This document shows, piece after piece, positions 16,275 to 24,435 of a stretch of 64,000 nt of DNA; position 1 is the stretch's first letter; every line of letters starts with the position of its first letter. The stretch comes from Thermoflexia bacterium (GTDB lineage: Bacteria; Chloroflexota; Anaerolineae; B4-G1). The stretch is taken from NCBI GenBank assembly GCA_011192155.1, contig DUEK01000002.1:12388-76387 (forward strand). Reading direction: 5' to 3'. The translations under genes were made by a program, and so were the position numbers. The notes beneath the pieces were generated by a model. The model had not been told where the DNA came from. It saw only the letters and a list, made by a program, of their open reading frames with translations, and made no database searches.

Positions 16275-18878
16275 ATGTTGTCGTCAAATTCGCAGGAGCG
16301 GCCTCGGATTCCAACCACTGGGATGCGCGGAGGGCTGGGCAGAACTCTACTGACCGCCTTCCTGGTCCTGGCGATTATACCCCTTAGCGCTATCAGTTGG
16401 TATGCTACCCTCCGCGAGCGGCAAGATATTCAACGTGAAGTGACTGCCAAACTATCGGCCGTGGCCGCGCTGATGGGGACGCAACTTTGCTGGTGTACTG
16501 AGCGCTGTACTGCCGATCTGGCGCTTGCGGCGGCTTCACCCGCTATCCAGGAGAATGTAGACGTCCTGCTCACCGACCCAGTTGACACCGACCCCGCCCG
16601 TGATGCATTGCGCCTCCAATTACAGACCATGCTCTCGCAAGCCTCACTCTTTCAGCGCTTGGCCGTGCTTGATAGCGAGGGCAATGTGCTGGTTTCCACT
16701 GACCCACAGGTCGAGAACACTCAGCTCGAACCTCAACTTGATTCAACCGCTCCATTCTCATCAGAGGGAAGCGAAGCGACCGATGGCGGGGCGCTGATGC
16801 TTATTCAGGCTATCACTGGCCAGGATGACGAGACGCTTGGCCTGTTGGCTGGTTGGCTCAACCTCGGCGATCTCGTCGCCGATCTGCAGGCGGCTAGCGA
16901 TCTGGGAGAGATGGGCAAAATTTACCTCGTGGATGCCAACGGAGTGGTGCTGCCTTTCTCCCAGCAAAGGGAAGCAACGCGGCTTCAGGGGCAAGAAGCG
17001 ATTGGTCAGGGTATTGAATTTGCTCACGCCGGCGAGAACCGAGAAGGACACTCGTCCTGGACAACGAGTACAGGGCTTTACGAAAACTATGCCGGTGACT
17101 CTGTCATCGGGGTCTATCATTGGGTGCCGGAATTGAATCTGGCGCTGGTGGCGGAGCAGGCTCAAGAGGATGCCTTTGCCCCGACCGAGAACGTCGCGGC
17201 AGCCGTCGTCGGCGCCACGCTGGTGGTGGCGCTGGTCACTGCCGTGATCGCTGCGGTCGTGACGCGGCAAATCACGCAGCCAATCGTGCGTTTGACCGAG
17301 TCGGCGCTTAACATCGCAGAAGGGGACATGGAGCAGCGTGTTCCCGTCAAGTCGAGGGATGAAATTGGCATACTGGCCTATGTATTCAACCACATGACGG
17401 CCGAGTTGAAAACTCTTTACGATGACCTGGAAAATAAGGTCGTACGACGCACAGCCCTTCTACAGCAGGCTAACTACCAGATACAGCGACGAGCCATCCA
17501 ACTTGCTACCACCGTTGAGGTCAGCCAGGCGTCCACCCTGATTCTGGAGCCAGGCCAGCTATTGCGCGAAGTGGTGCAATTGATACATAGTAGCTTTTTT
17601 GCCTATTCCTTCGTTGGTATCTACCTTTTGGATGATACGGGCAAGCGGGCGTTGCTCAGAGAAGGCAAGGGCGGCAAAGAGGAAGTGATGGCCGCCAAGT
17701 CGGAGCCGGTGCGTGTGGATGTCGCGTTGCTGCACTTGGATGGTATTGGTAACGGGAGCGCGGTTAGTCAGGCTGCCTTGACGGGAGATCCGCACATTGT
17801 CCGCTGGGACGCTGAGCGCGCGCAGAAAACGTTTTCCTCTCCCTACATCCGCGCAGAGGCGGCGCTGCCGCTCAGGATGGGGGAACAGATCATCGGCGTG
17901 CTCAACATTCTAAGCACCGAGGAGGACGACTTTGACGCGGACGACGTCTCTGTCCTTCAAAACGTGGCAAACCAAATTGCTATTGCTCTGGAGAACGCCC
18001 GCGCCTACGCCGTGGAGCGGGAAGCAGCTGATCGCTTGCGAGAACTGGATCGCTCCAAGCGTCGTTTCTTGGCCAACATGTCCCACGAACTACGCACCCC
18101 CCTCACCAACATCCTCGGCTTCTCGCGGTTGATGTTGAAGGAGATTGACGCGTCTGCCTCAATCAAGGGAAAGCGCCGTGTTGCTTCCGCCGGTTCGCTC
18201 ATGGAGCAAAACCGGAACGACCTGGAGATCATTTACAACAATGGTCAACACTTGCTGGGCCTGATCAACGACTTGTTGGATGTCTCTCAGATCGAAGCCG
18301 GTTTGATGGAACTAGAGTTCCGTGCTGTGGATGTGGCTGACTTGATCAATAGCGTGATGGCTACCACCAGCGCGCTAGTGCGCGATAAGGATATCGAGTT
18401 GCATCAAGAGATTGCGCCTAACCTGCCTACAGTGCAAGCCGACCAAGCGCGCGTTCGACAAGTGTTACTGTTACTCTTGACTAATGCGGCCAAGTTTACG
18501 CTGGAGGGAAGTATCACTGTACGGGCGTGGTCCGACGATGGCGAGGTTTTAGTAAGCATCAGCGATACCGGTGTGGGCATCTTGCCCGAGGACCGGGAGC
18601 GTATCTTTGAGCAATTTGAACAGGGTACCATCCTGATTGAAGGGAAGCGGAGTGTTTCCCTGTTGAATGGTCGCCACCCGAACGGCGCTGGCTTGGGGCT
18701 GGCCTTGAGCAAGGAGTTTGTAGAAATGCACGGCGGGCGTATCTGGGTGGAGAGCGAGGTGGGGCAGGGCTCTACTTTTACATTCACATTGCCTCTGAAA
18801 CCCGAGTCGGCGGATGACAAATATGTCAGCTCGGCAAAAGCCGGAATCGGAATGGTGAAAAGGAAGGAAGAAGTATGA
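16275..18878 (+). CDS. Sensor histidine kinase (periplasmic domain, HAMP, coiled coil, GAF, HisKA, HATPase_c), the kinase-bearing founder of the HAMP-GAF family
   Basis: TM / periplasmic domain of about 280 aa / TM. HAMP 'ITQPIVRLTESALNIAEGDMEQRVPVKSRDEIGILAYVFNHMTAEL'. GAF 'FVGIYLLDDTGKRALLREGKGG...AALPLRMGEQIIGVLNILS'. H-box 'MSHELRTPLTNILGFS'. 'GAGLGLALSKEFVEMHGG'. Carries four copies or relics of the 30-nt repeat core. Confidence 0.9.
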   Translation: MLSSNSQERPRIPTTGMRGGLGRTLLTAFLVLAIIPLSAISWYATLRERQDIQREVTAKLSAVAALMGTQLCWCTERCTADLALAAASPAIQENVDVLLTDPVDTDPARDALRLQLQTMLSQASLFQRLAVLDSEGNVLVSTDPQVENTQLEPQLDSTAPFSSEGSEATDGGALMLIQAITGQDDETLGLLAGWLNLGDLVADLQAASDLGEMGKIYLVDANGVVLPFSQQREATRLQGQEAIGQGIEFAHAGENREGHSSWTTSTGLYENYAGDSVIGVYHWVPELNLALVAEQAQEDAFAPTENVAAAVVGATLVVALVTAVIAAVVTRQITQPIVRLTESALNIAEGDMEQRVPVKSRDEIGILAYVFNHMTAELKTLYDDLENKVVRRTALLQQANYQIQRRAIQLATTVEVSQASTLILEPGQLLREVVQLIHSSFFAYSFVGIYLLDDTGKRALLREGKGGKEEVMAAKSEPVRVDVALLHLDGIGNGSAVSQAALTGDPHIVRWDAERAQKTFSSPYIRAEAALPLRMGEQIIGVLNILSTEEDDFDADDVSVLQNVANQIAIALENARAYAVEREAADRLRELDRSKRRFLANMSHELRTPLTNILGFSRLMLKEIDASASIKGKRRVASAGSLMEQNRNDLEIIYNNGQHLLGLINDLLDVSQIEAGLMELEFRAVDVADLINSVMATTSALVRDKDIELHQEIAPNLPTVQADQARVRQVLLLLLTNAAKFTLEGSITVRAWSDDGEVLVSISDTGVGILPEDRERIFEQFEQGTILIEGKRSVSLLNGRHPNGAGLGLALSKEFVEMHGGRIWVESEVGQGSTFTFTLPLKPESADDKYVSSAKAGIGMVKRKEEV
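16761..16780 (+). repeat. 30-nt-family repeat core, single copy (read as SEGSEAT)
   Basis: TCAGAGGGAAGCGAAGCGAC, one mismatch to the core TCAAAGGGAAGCGAAGCGAC. Confidence 0.6.
16965..16982 (+). repeat. 30-nt-family repeat core, single copy (read as QREATR)
   Basis: CAAAGGGAAGCAACGCGG. Same variant as 45464-45481. Confidence 0.6.
18161..18180 (+). repeat. 30-nt-family repeat relic (read as IKGKRR) in the DHp region of the kinase
   Basis: AATCAAGGGAAAGCGCCGTG. Peptide 'SIKGKRRV' compares with 'PIKGKRRG' at 22456-22520. Lies within a segment about 12 aa longer than the corresponding stretch of the 38411 kinase. Confidence 0.45.
18637..18650 (+). repeat. 30-nt-family repeat relic (read as IEGKRS) in the HATPase_c domain
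   Basis: TTGAAGGGAAGCGG inside 'FEQGTILIEGKRSVSLLNGRHPNGAGLGL', a stretch that is much shorter in the other kinases of this window. Confidence 0.4.
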
Positions 18879-20590
18879 GCAAAGTATCGAGATCAATTCT
18901 CTCCGCGCGCGTGACAAACATCCGCGCCCGACTCGTGGGGAACGTGCTCATTGTTTTGTCTCTGCTTTCCCTGACTGTTGTTCTTTACTCTGCGGCTTTC
19001 TCTCGCCTGGATCAGGCCGTCGTCGTTCTGAAGGAGGCGGTGACGCAACCCGGCGCGCTGATGGTTGAGCAGCAGACCGCCGCTCTTGCAGAGACCGACG
19101 CGGCGCTCAATATGGTGCAGACCGTCCCCATTGTGTGGGGGCTGTTGATTGGGGGCGTGTTTGTGGTTATTGCTTTCACCACCGTCCATTCCATCGCCCG
19201 CCCACTGGAACAGTTGACCGAGGCAGCCGGGCATTTGGCTGCGGGGAATCTGGAGGAGCGGGTGCCGGTCAAGCGGTCAGACGAGTTTGGTAGCCTGGGC
19301 ATTGCTTTCAACGAGATGGCCGAACAGCTTCAGGCCTCCTACGTTGAATTGGAAGACCAGGTGGCCGAGCGGACTCGCGCTCTCCAGGATGCCAACTATG
19401 CCCTCCAGCGGCGGGCTATCCAACTGGAGGCCAGTTCCGAAGTAGGGCAGGCCATCGCTTCCATCTTTGACATAGACCAGTTGCTGCGCACAACAGTCGA
19501 ATTGATTCGCGACCGTTTCAAATTTTATCACGCCGGCATCTTTTTGTTGGACGAGACCGGGAAGTGGGCGGTTCTTCGGGAGGCCACCGGCGAGGCCGGC
19601 GCGCAGATGAAGACCCAGGGCCACCGTCTGGCCGTGGACAACAACAGCATGGTCGGCTGGGCCGCTTTGCATCGCCAGTCTCGCATTACGCTGGACGTGG
19701 GAGAGGATGCTGTTCGTTTCGCCAACCCCCTGCTTCCTTACACCCGGTCAGAGATGAGCATCCCGTTGATGTTCGGCGGGCGAGTGCTTGGTGTATTGAA
19801 CGTTCAATCCATTGAGGAGGCCGCCTTTGACGAGGACGATGTGCGAACGCTGCAAAGTATGGCTAACCAAGTCGCCGTCGCCATCGAGAACGCCCGCCGG
19901 GTCTCTGACGAGGCGGCGATGTTGGAGGCGACCAGCCCCATCTATCGCGCCAGCCGCCACCTAACGACGGCGACGACGACCAGCGAGGTTGCCGACGCGA
20001 TCATCGACTCTGTGGCTGAGACAGGGGCCGACGGCTGTTTGGTGGTAGAGTTTGTGTTCTCTCCTAGCGGCGAGCCTCAGGCCCTCATGTATCGGGGAGT
20101 GTGGCGGCGGGATCGGGAACCCCAGTTCAAACCCGGCCTGCGGCTCCCAATCTCGGAAAGCCCTTTTCCTTTCGAGTTGGTGAGCAATCTGTGGGCGGTG
20201 ACTGATGTGGAGCAGGATAGCCGATTGCCCCAGAGCGCCCGCCGGGTCTTTATGGCGACAGATACGCGGGCGTTGGTCAACATTCCTCTGCGCTCTGGCG
20301 AGGACGTGATCGGTCAGGTCGTTGTCCTGCGTACCACTCCTGGCTCCTTCTCAGATAGCGCCCTGCGCCTATACGAAGTTCTAAGCGGCCAGGCGTCGGT
20401 GGCGCTGGAGCGCGCTCAATTGGTAGAGAGGGCGCAACGACGCGCGCAACAGGAGCGGACGACGCTCCAGATGGTTGACCACATTCGCCGCGCCGTGGAC
20501 GTAGAGCAGGTTTTACAGATCACGGCGGAGCAGATTTCACAGGCGATGGAAGTGCCGCGCGTTTCTATCGAGTTGAGCCTCGAAGAATGA
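18875..20590 (+). CDS. HAMP-GAF-GAF receptor-like protein without a recognisable output domain (paralogue 1; 2 TM, short loop)
   Basis: ATGA overlap with the kinase stop. HAMP 'ARPLEQLTEAAGHLAAGNLEERVPVKRSDEFGSLGIAFNEMAEQL'. GAF1 'FKFYHAGIFLLDETGKWAVLREATGEAG...TRSEMSIPL'. A second full GAF. Family tail 'QRRAQQERTTLQMVDHIRRAVDVEQVLQITAEQI...RVSIEL'. Confidence 0.85.
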   Translation: MSKVSRSILSARVTNIRARLVGNVLIVLSLLSLTVVLYSAAFSRLDQAVVVLKEAVTQPGALMVEQQTAALAETDAALNMVQTVPIVWGLLIGGVFVVIAFTTVHSIARPLEQLTEAAGHLAAGNLEERVPVKRSDEFGSLGIAFNEMAEQLQASYVELEDQVAERTRALQDANYALQRRAIQLEASSEVGQAIASIFDIDQLLRTTVELIRDRFKFYHAGIFLLDETGKWAVLREATGEAGAQMKTQGHRLAVDNNSMVGWAALHRQSRITLDVGEDAVRFANPLLPYTRSEMSIPLMFGGRVLGVLNVQSIEEAAFDEDDVRTLQSMANQVAVAIENARRVSDEAAMLEATSPIYRASRHLTTATTTSEVADAIIDSVAETGADGCLVVEFVFSPSGEPQALMYRGVWRRDREPQFKPGLRLPISESPFPFELVSNLWAVTDVEQDSRLPQSARRVFMATDTRALVNIPLRSGEDVIGQVVVLRTTPGSFSDSALRLYEVLSGQASVALERAQLVERAQRRAQQERTTLQMVDHIRRAVDVEQVLQITAEQISQAMEVPRVSIELSLEE

Positions 20591-22383
20591 TTGGAGTGAC
20601 AGGTGAAATGGACATGCAATCTGTACCTGATTGGGAAAGCGAAATCGAGGACCGCCGCACCACGTTTCTGAATAGTTTACTGTTGGTTGCAGCGGTTGGC
20701 GGTCTAGTGGCGATAGTCCTAACCTACGTCACACTGCCAAAGGATATGACTGTACTGGAACGATGGATTGAGGTAATTCCTTTCCTTGCCGGCTGGTTGA
20801 TCGTGTTGATTATTTGGGCATGGCGCGGTTTGGGTTACAGCACCCGCGCGTTGATTGTACTTCTGATCGTCTATGGCTTGAGTGTCTTCATCTTTCGCCG
20901 AGGGGGACTGCCTGGCAGCGGGCGTGTCTGGCTGTTACTGCTGCCAGCCCTGGCCTTTATCCTGGCAGGCGCACGCCTCGGCATCGCAGCCGGAGCCATC
21001 GGTATCTTGACCTACTCCATCTTTGCCCTTGCTTTTAGTCAAAAGTGGCTGGTTCCTCTAGTATCAGAGGATCAGGTTGCGCTGACGACGTGGTTCAGTG
21101 AGGGAGGCTCCTTCCTGCTTATAACGGCCAGCTTGACGCTAATCTTGTGGTCGTACGGACGGGGTTGGCTGGGGGCACTGGCGAGGATGAGTGCGACCAG
21201 CCAGCAGTTGCAAGTCCAGGCGCAGGAATTGAAGGCGGCAAACGAACAGTTGCGATTGCAGACTTCCCGGTTGCGGACGACAGCCGAGATTGCTCGTGCT
21301 GGCTCCTCTATTTTGGATCCAGAGGCGTTGTGCGCCGAGGTGGTTGACCGAGTCCAGGAAGAATTCGAGTCTATAGGTGTATATTACGTGGGCCTGTTTC
21401 TGCTCAGCGAGATTAGTAGGGACACGGGTGAGCAGTTTGCCGTGCTAAAAGCCGCCACTGGCGAGGCTGGAAAGCTGTTGTTAGAGATGAATCACGAGCT
21501 GGCGCTGGATGACACGACCTTGATCGGGCAGTGCATCGTTCGTCGGGATGCCCGTGTTATATCAAGTATGGAAGAGGATACGGCGCGCTTTGACGCTGTT
21601 CCCATGTCGTACACGCGCTCGGAAGCTGCCCTCCCGCTGCATTCCCGTGGGCGCATCCTGGGCGCGTTGAGCGTGCAAAGTGCGCGGGAAGCATCTTTCG
21701 ATGAGACTGACGTCGCTGTCCTGCAGACCATGGCCGATCAAGTAGCGGTGGCGATTGACAACGCCAGACTCTTCAGCCAGGCTGAGACTGCCCTGGAAGA
21801 TGTTCGGGCCGCTCACCGCCGTTACTTGACCAAGTCTTGGGAAGAATTCCTGGCTGCGGGACTGGTCACTCGGGTGGATTACGCTCAGCCAGGGGCAGAG
21901 TTGGGAGATAGCGAGTTCTTGCGCGATGCGCAGCGTGCTGCAATGGTGCACGAGAGGGCAGTGGTCTTGGATGGCCCACCCCGCACAAAGGGAAGCGAGG
22001 GAGCAGGGAAGCAGGATGAGTATAGGGAAGCGCAGACGGCGCTCGTGGTCCCTTTGAAATTACGAGAGCAAATCATAGGCACAATGACCTTGCACGAAAC
22101 GCGCCGTCAGCGACCGTGGGATGCTGGAGAAATCGCCATGTCGGAAACCATCGCCGAGCAGGTTGCGTTGAGCGTCGAGAACCTGCGCCTGATGGACGAG
22201 GTCCAGCGCCGCGCCGCCCGCGAGCGGCTGGTGGGCGAGATTTCGGATCAGATGCAGCGCGCCACGGATATGGGATCTTTGCTACGCATCACGGCGGAAG
22301 AGTTAAACCGCGTTCTGGGCGGCTCGCGCGCCTACGTGCGCCTGGGCGTGGCGGCAGGGTTAGCCGGCGAGACGGAGCACTAG
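20587..22383 (+). CDS. 6TM-coiled-coil-GAF-GAF receptor-like protein without an output domain (paralogue 2)
   Basis: ATGA overlap. Six hydrophobic helices. GAF1 'VYYVGLFLL...FAVLKAATGEAG...TRSEAALPLHSRGRILGALSVQS'. Tail 'QRRAARERLVGEISDQMQRATDMGSLLRITAEELNRVLGGSRAYVRL'. Confidence 0.85.
   Translation: MIGVTGEMDMQSVPDWESEIEDRRTTFLNSLLLVAAVGGLVAIVLTYVTLPKDMTVLERWIEVIPFLAGWLIVLIIWAWRGLGYSTRALIVLLIVYGLSVFIFRRGGLPGSGRVWLLLLPALAFILAGARLGIAAGAIGILTYSIFALAFSQKWLVPLVSEDQVALTTWFSEGGSFLLITASLTLILWSYGRGWLGALARMSATSQQLQVQAQELKAANEQLRLQTSRLRTTAEIARAGSSILDPEALCAEVVDRVQEEFESIGVYYVGLFLLSEISRDTGEQFAVLKAATGEAGKLLLEMNHELALDDTTLIGQCIVRRDARVISSMEEDTARFDAVPMSYTRSEAALPLHSRGRILGALSVQSAREASFDETDVAVLQTMADQVAVAIDNARLFSQAETALEDVRAAHRRYLTKSWEEFLAAGLVTRVDYAQPGAELGDSEFLRDAQRAAMVHERAVVLDGPPRTKGSEGAGKQDEYREAQTALVVPLKLREQIIGTMTLHETRRQRPWDAGEIAMSETIAEQVALSVENLRLMDEVQRRAARERLVGEISDQMQRATDMGSLLRITAEELNRVLGGSRAYVRLGVAAGLAGETEH
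21985..22000 (+). repeat. 30-nt-family repeat core relic (read as TKGSEG)
   Basis: ACAAAGGGAAGCGAGG within the inter-GAF linker of paralogue 2. Confidence 0.45.
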
Positions 22384-22419
22384 ATCGTCAAAGCTGGATT
22401 GTGGGAAGGGAAGAAAGAT

Positions 22420-24384
22420 ATGAGCGAGTCAGCAAAAAAGCCAGGTTTCGCTACACGCGGCCCCGCCCCGATCAAAGGGAAGCGACGCGGCCCCGCCCCG
22501 ATCAAAGGGAAGCGACGCGGCGTAAGCGTTCGGCTCTTGCTTATGGGAAGTTCGTTTGTCATCATATTTCTGCTCTTGGCGGGTACTGTCCTCAACTATA
22601 TCTTTGTCTTTCGTTTGGCCCAGGCATCGAAGGCGGTGGGTGAGGAGATGGAGCGAGCCAACGCAGCGCTGGAGGTGGGCCGGGCGACGTCTGATTTATT
22701 CCTGGTTCTGGCGCAAGAGGCGTCGAGCCAGGATGCTGTTGACTTTGCCCAGTCTGTGAGAAAAGCCGAGCAGTCATTGATCGAGGTGGAGAAACGGTTG
22801 ACAGAAAGCGCTGCTTCTTTGCCGGTGGACGATCCGGTGCGGATCAACCTCGACAGGCTCGCGACCCGCACCGCCGATATACATACCCTCATAGACCGCG
22901 TAATTGTGCGAGTGGACGCAGGGGAGTGGTGGTATGTCGAGCAGCTCGTGCGAATCATAGTTTACCGTCATCGTATCTCTGTGATCGAATTGGTAGAACA
23001 GATGGGGAACTCAACTTCCGAGCGCCGCCGCGATGCTGAATCTGATGTCGATGCTGCCCGCCTCATGTTGCAGGTGGTTCCTATAGTGGTAGGGTTGTTG
23101 GTCGTCGGTGTGGTTGTGGGTACCGCCTTTGTCACCCATCGCAGTATTTCCAAGCCGGTGGAACGGTTGACCGACGCGGCCACTCGCTTGGCCTCTGGGC
23201 GACTGGAGGAGCGAGTCCCCATTGAGCGGATAGACGAGTTCCGGCGCTTGGCAGTCGCTTTCAACGAGATGACTGACCAACTGGAGGCTTCTTATACACA
23301 ACTGGAGCAACGCGTGGCCGAGCGCACGCGTGGCTTGCAGGCGGCGGCCGCGGTCGGGCGTGCCACTACCTCAATGCTTGACCCAGATCAACTACTGCGT
23401 CGCGTGGTGAACCTGGCCCGCGAGCGGTTCGATCTCTATTACGTAGGGCTGTTCCTTCTCGAAAGCGACTCTGGCCGCACGTTTGCCGTGCTTCGGGCTG
23501 GCACGGGTGAGGCCGGGCGGCAGATGATGGCGCAGGGGCACAGACTGGAAGTTGGCGGCGATTCGATGATTGGTCAGTGCACCTCTATGAACGAGGCGCG
23601 CGTTGCTTTGGACGTGGGCGAAGAAGCTGTGCGTTTCGATAACCCCCTCTTGCCGCAGACCCGTTCCGAACTGGCCCTGCCGCTCGTGGCGCGAGGCCGC
23701 GTCATCGGCGCGATGACCGTGCAGAGCGTGAAAGAGTCCGCTTTCGACGAAGAGTACATCGCCGTGTTGCAGACCATGGCTGACCAAGTGGCGGTGGCCA
23801 TTAACAACGCACACCTCTTTGCCGAGGCCCGGGCCGCACTGGAGGAGATGGCGGCTACTCAACGGCGCTATCTGGGCCAGGCGTGGGCCGAATACACGCA
23901 GACCGCAGAAGAGATTGCCTACGAGACCATGCGTCCGGGCGACGCCCCATTGGGTGACGCTATCCTGCCCGAGATTCAGCAAGTGGTGGAGCGGCGGAGT
24001 ACAGTAGCGTTGCAGAACGCCTCTCACACTTTGGCGCCTTTACATTCCGCTCTGATTTCGCCTATTGCTCTGCGCGGCGAGATTATTGGCGCGCTGGGCG
24101 TCCACGCCGATAAAGAGGATCGGCAGTGGAGCGACGATGACGTTGCCATCATTGAGGCCGTCGTCGAGCGTATGGCTCTGGCTGCCGAGAACATCCGTTT
24201 GCTGGAGGATACCCAGCGCCGCGCTGTCCGCGAGCGGCTGACGAGCGAGGTGACGGCCCGTATGCGCGAGACGCTGGACGTAGACACAGTGCTGCAAACG
24301 GCCATCCGCGAGATTGGAGAGGTACTGGATATTGCCAGGATTAAGGTGCGGATGGGAACTGGGAAGCCACCGATGCCTGAGTAG
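22420..24384 (+). CDS. 4-helix-bundle-like sensor / HAMP / GAF / GAF-like receptor protein without an output domain (paralogue 3)
   Basis: ATG at 22420 (M8 of the track ORF) follows GGGAAGGGAAGAAAG. TM / about 190-aa helical periplasmic domain / TM. HAMP 'ISKPVERLTDAATRLASGRLEERVPIERIDEFRRLAVAFNEMTDQL'. GAF1 'FDLYYVGLFLLE'. Tail 'QRRAVRERLTSEVTARMRETLDVDTVLQTAIREI...RIKVRM'. Confidence 0.85.
   Translation: MSESAKKPGFATRGPAPIKGKRRGPAPIKGKRRGVSVRLLLMGSSFVIIFLLLAGTVLNYIFVFRLAQASKAVGEEMERANAALEVGRATSDLFLVLAQEASSQDAVDFAQSVRKAEQSLIEVEKRLTESAASLPVDDPVRINLDRLATRTADIHTLIDRVIVRVDAGEWWYVEQLVRIIVYRHRISVIELVEQMGNSTSERRRDAESDVDAARLMLQVVPIVVGLLVVGVVVGTAFVTHRSISKPVERLTDAATRLASGRLEERVPIERIDEFRRLAVAFNEMTDQLEASYTQLEQRVAERTRGLQAAAAVGRATTSMLDPDQLLRRVVNLARERFDLYYVGLFLLESDSGRTFAVLRAGTGEAGRQMMAQGHRLEVGGDSMIGQCTSMNEARVALDVGEEAVRFDNPLLPQTRSELALPLVARGRVIGAMTVQSVKESAFDEEYIAVLQTMADQVAVAINNAHLFAEARAALEEMAATQRRYLGQAWAEYTQTAEEIAYETMRPGDAPLGDAILPEIQQVVERRSTVALQNASHTLAPLHSALISPIALRGEIIGALGVHADKEDRQWSDDDVAIIEAVVERMALAAENIRLLEDTQRRAVRERLTSEVTARMRETLDVDTVLQTAIREIGEVLDIARIKVRMGTGKPPMPE
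22456..22520 (+). repeat. 30-nt tandem repeat, about 2.2 copies (read as GPAPIKGKRR)
   Basis: CGCGGCCCCGCCCCGATCAAAGGGAAGCGA at 22456-22485 and 22486-22515, plus a partial copy. Encodes the cytoplasmic N-terminal tail of paralogue 3. Confidence 0.9.
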
Positions 24385-24435
24385 GCGCTGGTGATCTAAC
24401 TACAGAGCTGGATTGTGGAAAGGGAAAGAAGAAAG

